A stretch of DNA of 64,000 nt from Octopus sinensis (Eukaryota), in the NCBI RefSeq assembly GCF_006345805.1, contig NW_021833708.1, positions 9,209 to 73,208 of the forward strand, in the 5' to 3' direction. Both the position numbers and the translations under genes were made by a program. Numbering within the stretch: the stretch's first letter is position 1; each line of letters starts with the position of its first letter. Of the stretch, positions 60,963 through 64,000 are shown in pieces. The notes under the pieces are model-generated. The model saw only the letters and a list, made by a program, of their open reading frames with translations. It did not search any database and was not told where the DNA came from.

Positions 60963-61063
60963 CATACATATATACCTACATATATATATACATATATAAT
61001 ATACACATGTATATATATATATACATATATACATACATATATATATATATATAACATATATAC

Positions 61064-61097
<34 letters not shown>

Positions 61098-61372
61098 ATA
61101 TGCATGTATATATGTATGTATCTATGTATGTAGATATATATTATATATATGCATGTATCTATGTATGTATGTGTGTATGTATATATATATATATATAGAT
61201 ATATATGTATATATGTTATATATTATACATGTATATATGTATATAGATATATATATGTATATATACATACATATATTATTATATACATATATATATATAC
61301 AGATATACATACACATATATATAGAAAATATATATATTTATATATATATGCATGTATATATGTATGTATAAT

Positions 61373-61415
<43 letters not shown>

Positions 61416-61500
61416 TGTATCTATGTATGTGTGTATGTATTATATATATTATATCTATATATATATCTATATATATATAGTTATATATATATAATATATA
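59140..61500. repeat. Extensive (TA)n/(TG)n low-complexity tracts
   Basis: Direct reading; source of many spurious YI-rich ORFs. Confidence 0.9.
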
Positions 61501-61849
61501 CAAACAAGATGATATCTTGGGTGAACGACAAATGAGGTTCAGTAAAATAAACCGTGAACCATGTTTTGGACGCAAATGTGTCTCTTGATGCCCCCTGGTG
61601 TCTTGCTAAGAAAACAAGTTGAGTGCTGACCTTGTTTCAATGCTTCTGGATCATTTACTATGTGTTTTCTCGAGTGGACAATAAAGCCTGCTTTGCTTCG
61701 TGCCACAAAACCACAATGACGCTAAGATTTCTAGTTAGAGGAACAGTGTTTTGCGAGTGTGCCTGCATGCTTGCATGAAGTTGTTCCCGGTGTTGGAGTC
61801 GATTTTTCTCAAACCTTAGAAGAAGCAGGACTGGTGCTAGGTCCTTGCG

Positions 61850-62250
61850 ATGTGGTGCTTTGGTTTCCCAGGAAGAAGAAAAGGGATCATTGCATCGTTT
61901 CAGATTGTCTTTTAGTTTGTCTTTGAAGCGCAGAAATGGCCTTCCAACTGACTTTCCTGACAGGAATTGGCCAAAGAGAAGTTGCTTCAGAATACGAGAG
62001 AGATGACCTGACTATCTAAACTGTATTTTGATGAGGATGACTTTAATACCGTATATGTTGCATTCTGATTGTACCTCACTGTTAGGAATATGGTCGCTCG
62101 GTTTTATGTTGGAGGTAGTACGCACGCATCGCATGTGAAAAGCATCAAGCTGGTTGATGTGCTTTTGGTACAAAGTCCAAGATTCAGCACCATAAGGCAA
62201 TGTTGTCAAGACAACCGTCTTACATTAACTTTCACCATTTACGATACCTT
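61850..62250 (-). mobile_element. RTE (BovB-like) LINE 3' fragment
   Basis: TLPYGAESWTLYQKHINQLDAFHMRC..I...DHIPNSEV..QFR.SGHL..KQLLFG..GRPFLRFKDKLK. Confidence 0.7.
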
Positions 62251-63039
62251 GTGGTTGTTTCATAGCCTGTGATTTCCCGATTCTGGAATCGATTTCTTGA
62301 TCCATTTTCGCATCGTTGGACACGATGGATCGAAGACGAGTGAAAGGGGAAACAATTTTTAATGTTTTTCCATCAAAATATACAGAAGCTCAGTTTTCTT
62401 GATATTGATGGTAAGACCAAAAGTCTTGGATGCATCGCAGAGAGACAAACTGACAAAGAGAGGGAGACAAACACACACACACACACACACACACATTCCC
62501 ACTCCGTCTGCGCACACATGTCAATACATACACACAGCCACACACCCTTCAAACTCCTTCTAACTACCTATTGATCCGTCCATCTACGCACACATGCAAA
62601 CTCACAGGCACGCACGGCTACACCCACCCACTGTAGCCGCTGACTTCTCAGAGCCACATTAAAACACGTACACAGATACTATCACACACCACACACACAC
62701 ACACAGTAACCAACTGGCACCAACATACATACACGCAGTTACTGCCACACACATATGTATATCAACACTGAAAATATTTATTTAGCAATTTTCGTAATTT
62801 AAAAAAATTTCTTTAATATATTTATTCATTTGAATGACTTGTGTTTTATGTATCTTTTGTATATTTTGACATTAGACTGCGTCCATGCTGGGGCACCGCC
62901 TTCAAGAAATTCTAGTCGAATGAATTGACTTATTTTTTACAGCCTGGTAAATTATTCAACCGCTAAGTTACATGGATGTAAAGAAAGCAACGCCGGGGAC
63001 GAACCGACAGAAAGATACACGTACAAATGTGACCTCGTG

Positions 63040-63230
63040 TGTACCGTTGGCGATATTTTTCCTCTGTCTTCCCTTCTTTAGATCTATCCTTTCCTATGTT
63101 CTGACGAAGAGCTCTGCTCGAAACGTTAAACCCTCCTTCTTCCCTTCCTTCCTGAGCGTCTAATAATGCTCTATTTGTTCCACGTCCTCGCGTTGTTGTG
63201 TTTTTCTCTTTGTGTTTTCATGTTGTGGAT
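63040..63230 (+). mobile_element. Penelope-like pseudo-LTR fragment with minimal hammerhead ribozyme motif
   Basis: GUU-CUGACGA-A-GAGC(UCU)GCUC-GAAA-CGUU-AAAC at 63098-63131. Confidence 0.55.
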
Positions 63231-63889
63231 TAACTATATATATATATATATTATATATTATATATATATATATTGTATATATACATACAATATATAATAT
63301 ATATATATATATATTATATACATACACACACACACACACATATGTATACAGGCAACAAGCTTCCTTTCATTTCCATCTACCAAATCCACTCACAAAGCTC
63401 TGGTCATCCGCAGCTACAGTGGAAGACACTCGCCCAAGGTCCCATGAAGTGAACCCGGAACCATATGTTGAGAAGGACACTTCTTCCCATACAACCGTGC
63501 CTGCGCCTATGTGCCAATACACTTGTGATCCGTATATCATTTGTTATATTGAGGGAGATTGTGCTGCTATTTCGCCGTGGTCGGCAACTGAGGGTTTTTA
63601 TTGCTGTTGTTTGTAATAGAATGAGTCGCAATAATTTGATTTCTGAAGTCACTGATGTTAATGGACACAAAAAAGCGGTGAGCTGGCAGAATCGTTAGCA
63701 TGCCGGACAAAGTGCTTAGCGGTGTTTTGTCCGTCTTTACGTTCTGATTCCAAATTCCGACGAGGTTGACTTTTTCTTTCATCTTTCCGAAATTGATAAA
63801 ATAAGCATCAATTGAACACACGTATGACTACAGCCGCACGGCGGAAACGAGTAAAATTAATAAAAAATATATATATACATACACGCACA

Positions 63890-63960
<71 letters not shown>

Positions 63961-64000
63961 AAGTTAGAGAGAGAGTAAAGTTTATTTACTAATATAATGT

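Overview
AT-rich, repeat-dense animal genomic DNA, most likely octopus or another cephalopod. This is inferred from the tRNA-derived SINE families, RTE/Dong/Tx1 LINE remnants, dense microsatellites and a HTGEKPY C2H2 zinc-finger array. I reconstructed one spliced + strand gene by hand (4568-30202, up to 14 exons, about 700-740 aa) with the architecture ankyrin repeats (about 15) - C3HC4 RING - tandem micro-exon linker - Death domain. It looks like a Mind-bomb (MIB)-derived E3 ligase with an appended death domain. Exon 4 holds seven near-identical 102-bp ankyrin repeats whose scaffold codons are homogenised, while amino-acid changes cluster at the binding-surface positions that are randomised in DARPin libraries, in mosaic combinations. 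Between the RING and Death domains lies a ~160-bp tandem array of four phase-1 micro-exons related to the first Death-domain exon. Exon 5 has a 1-bp frameshift, which is either an assembly error or real pseudogenisation. A 10-finger C2H2 ZNF frame lies on the - strand (54955-55809). The rest is mostly transposons (a long Dong/R4 LINE, Tx1/L1, RTE, CR1, mariner, Helitron-like elements, a solo LTR, SINEs), several foldback repeats and two hammerhead-ribozyme-like motifs. Most ORFs in the supplied track are microsatellite artefacts.
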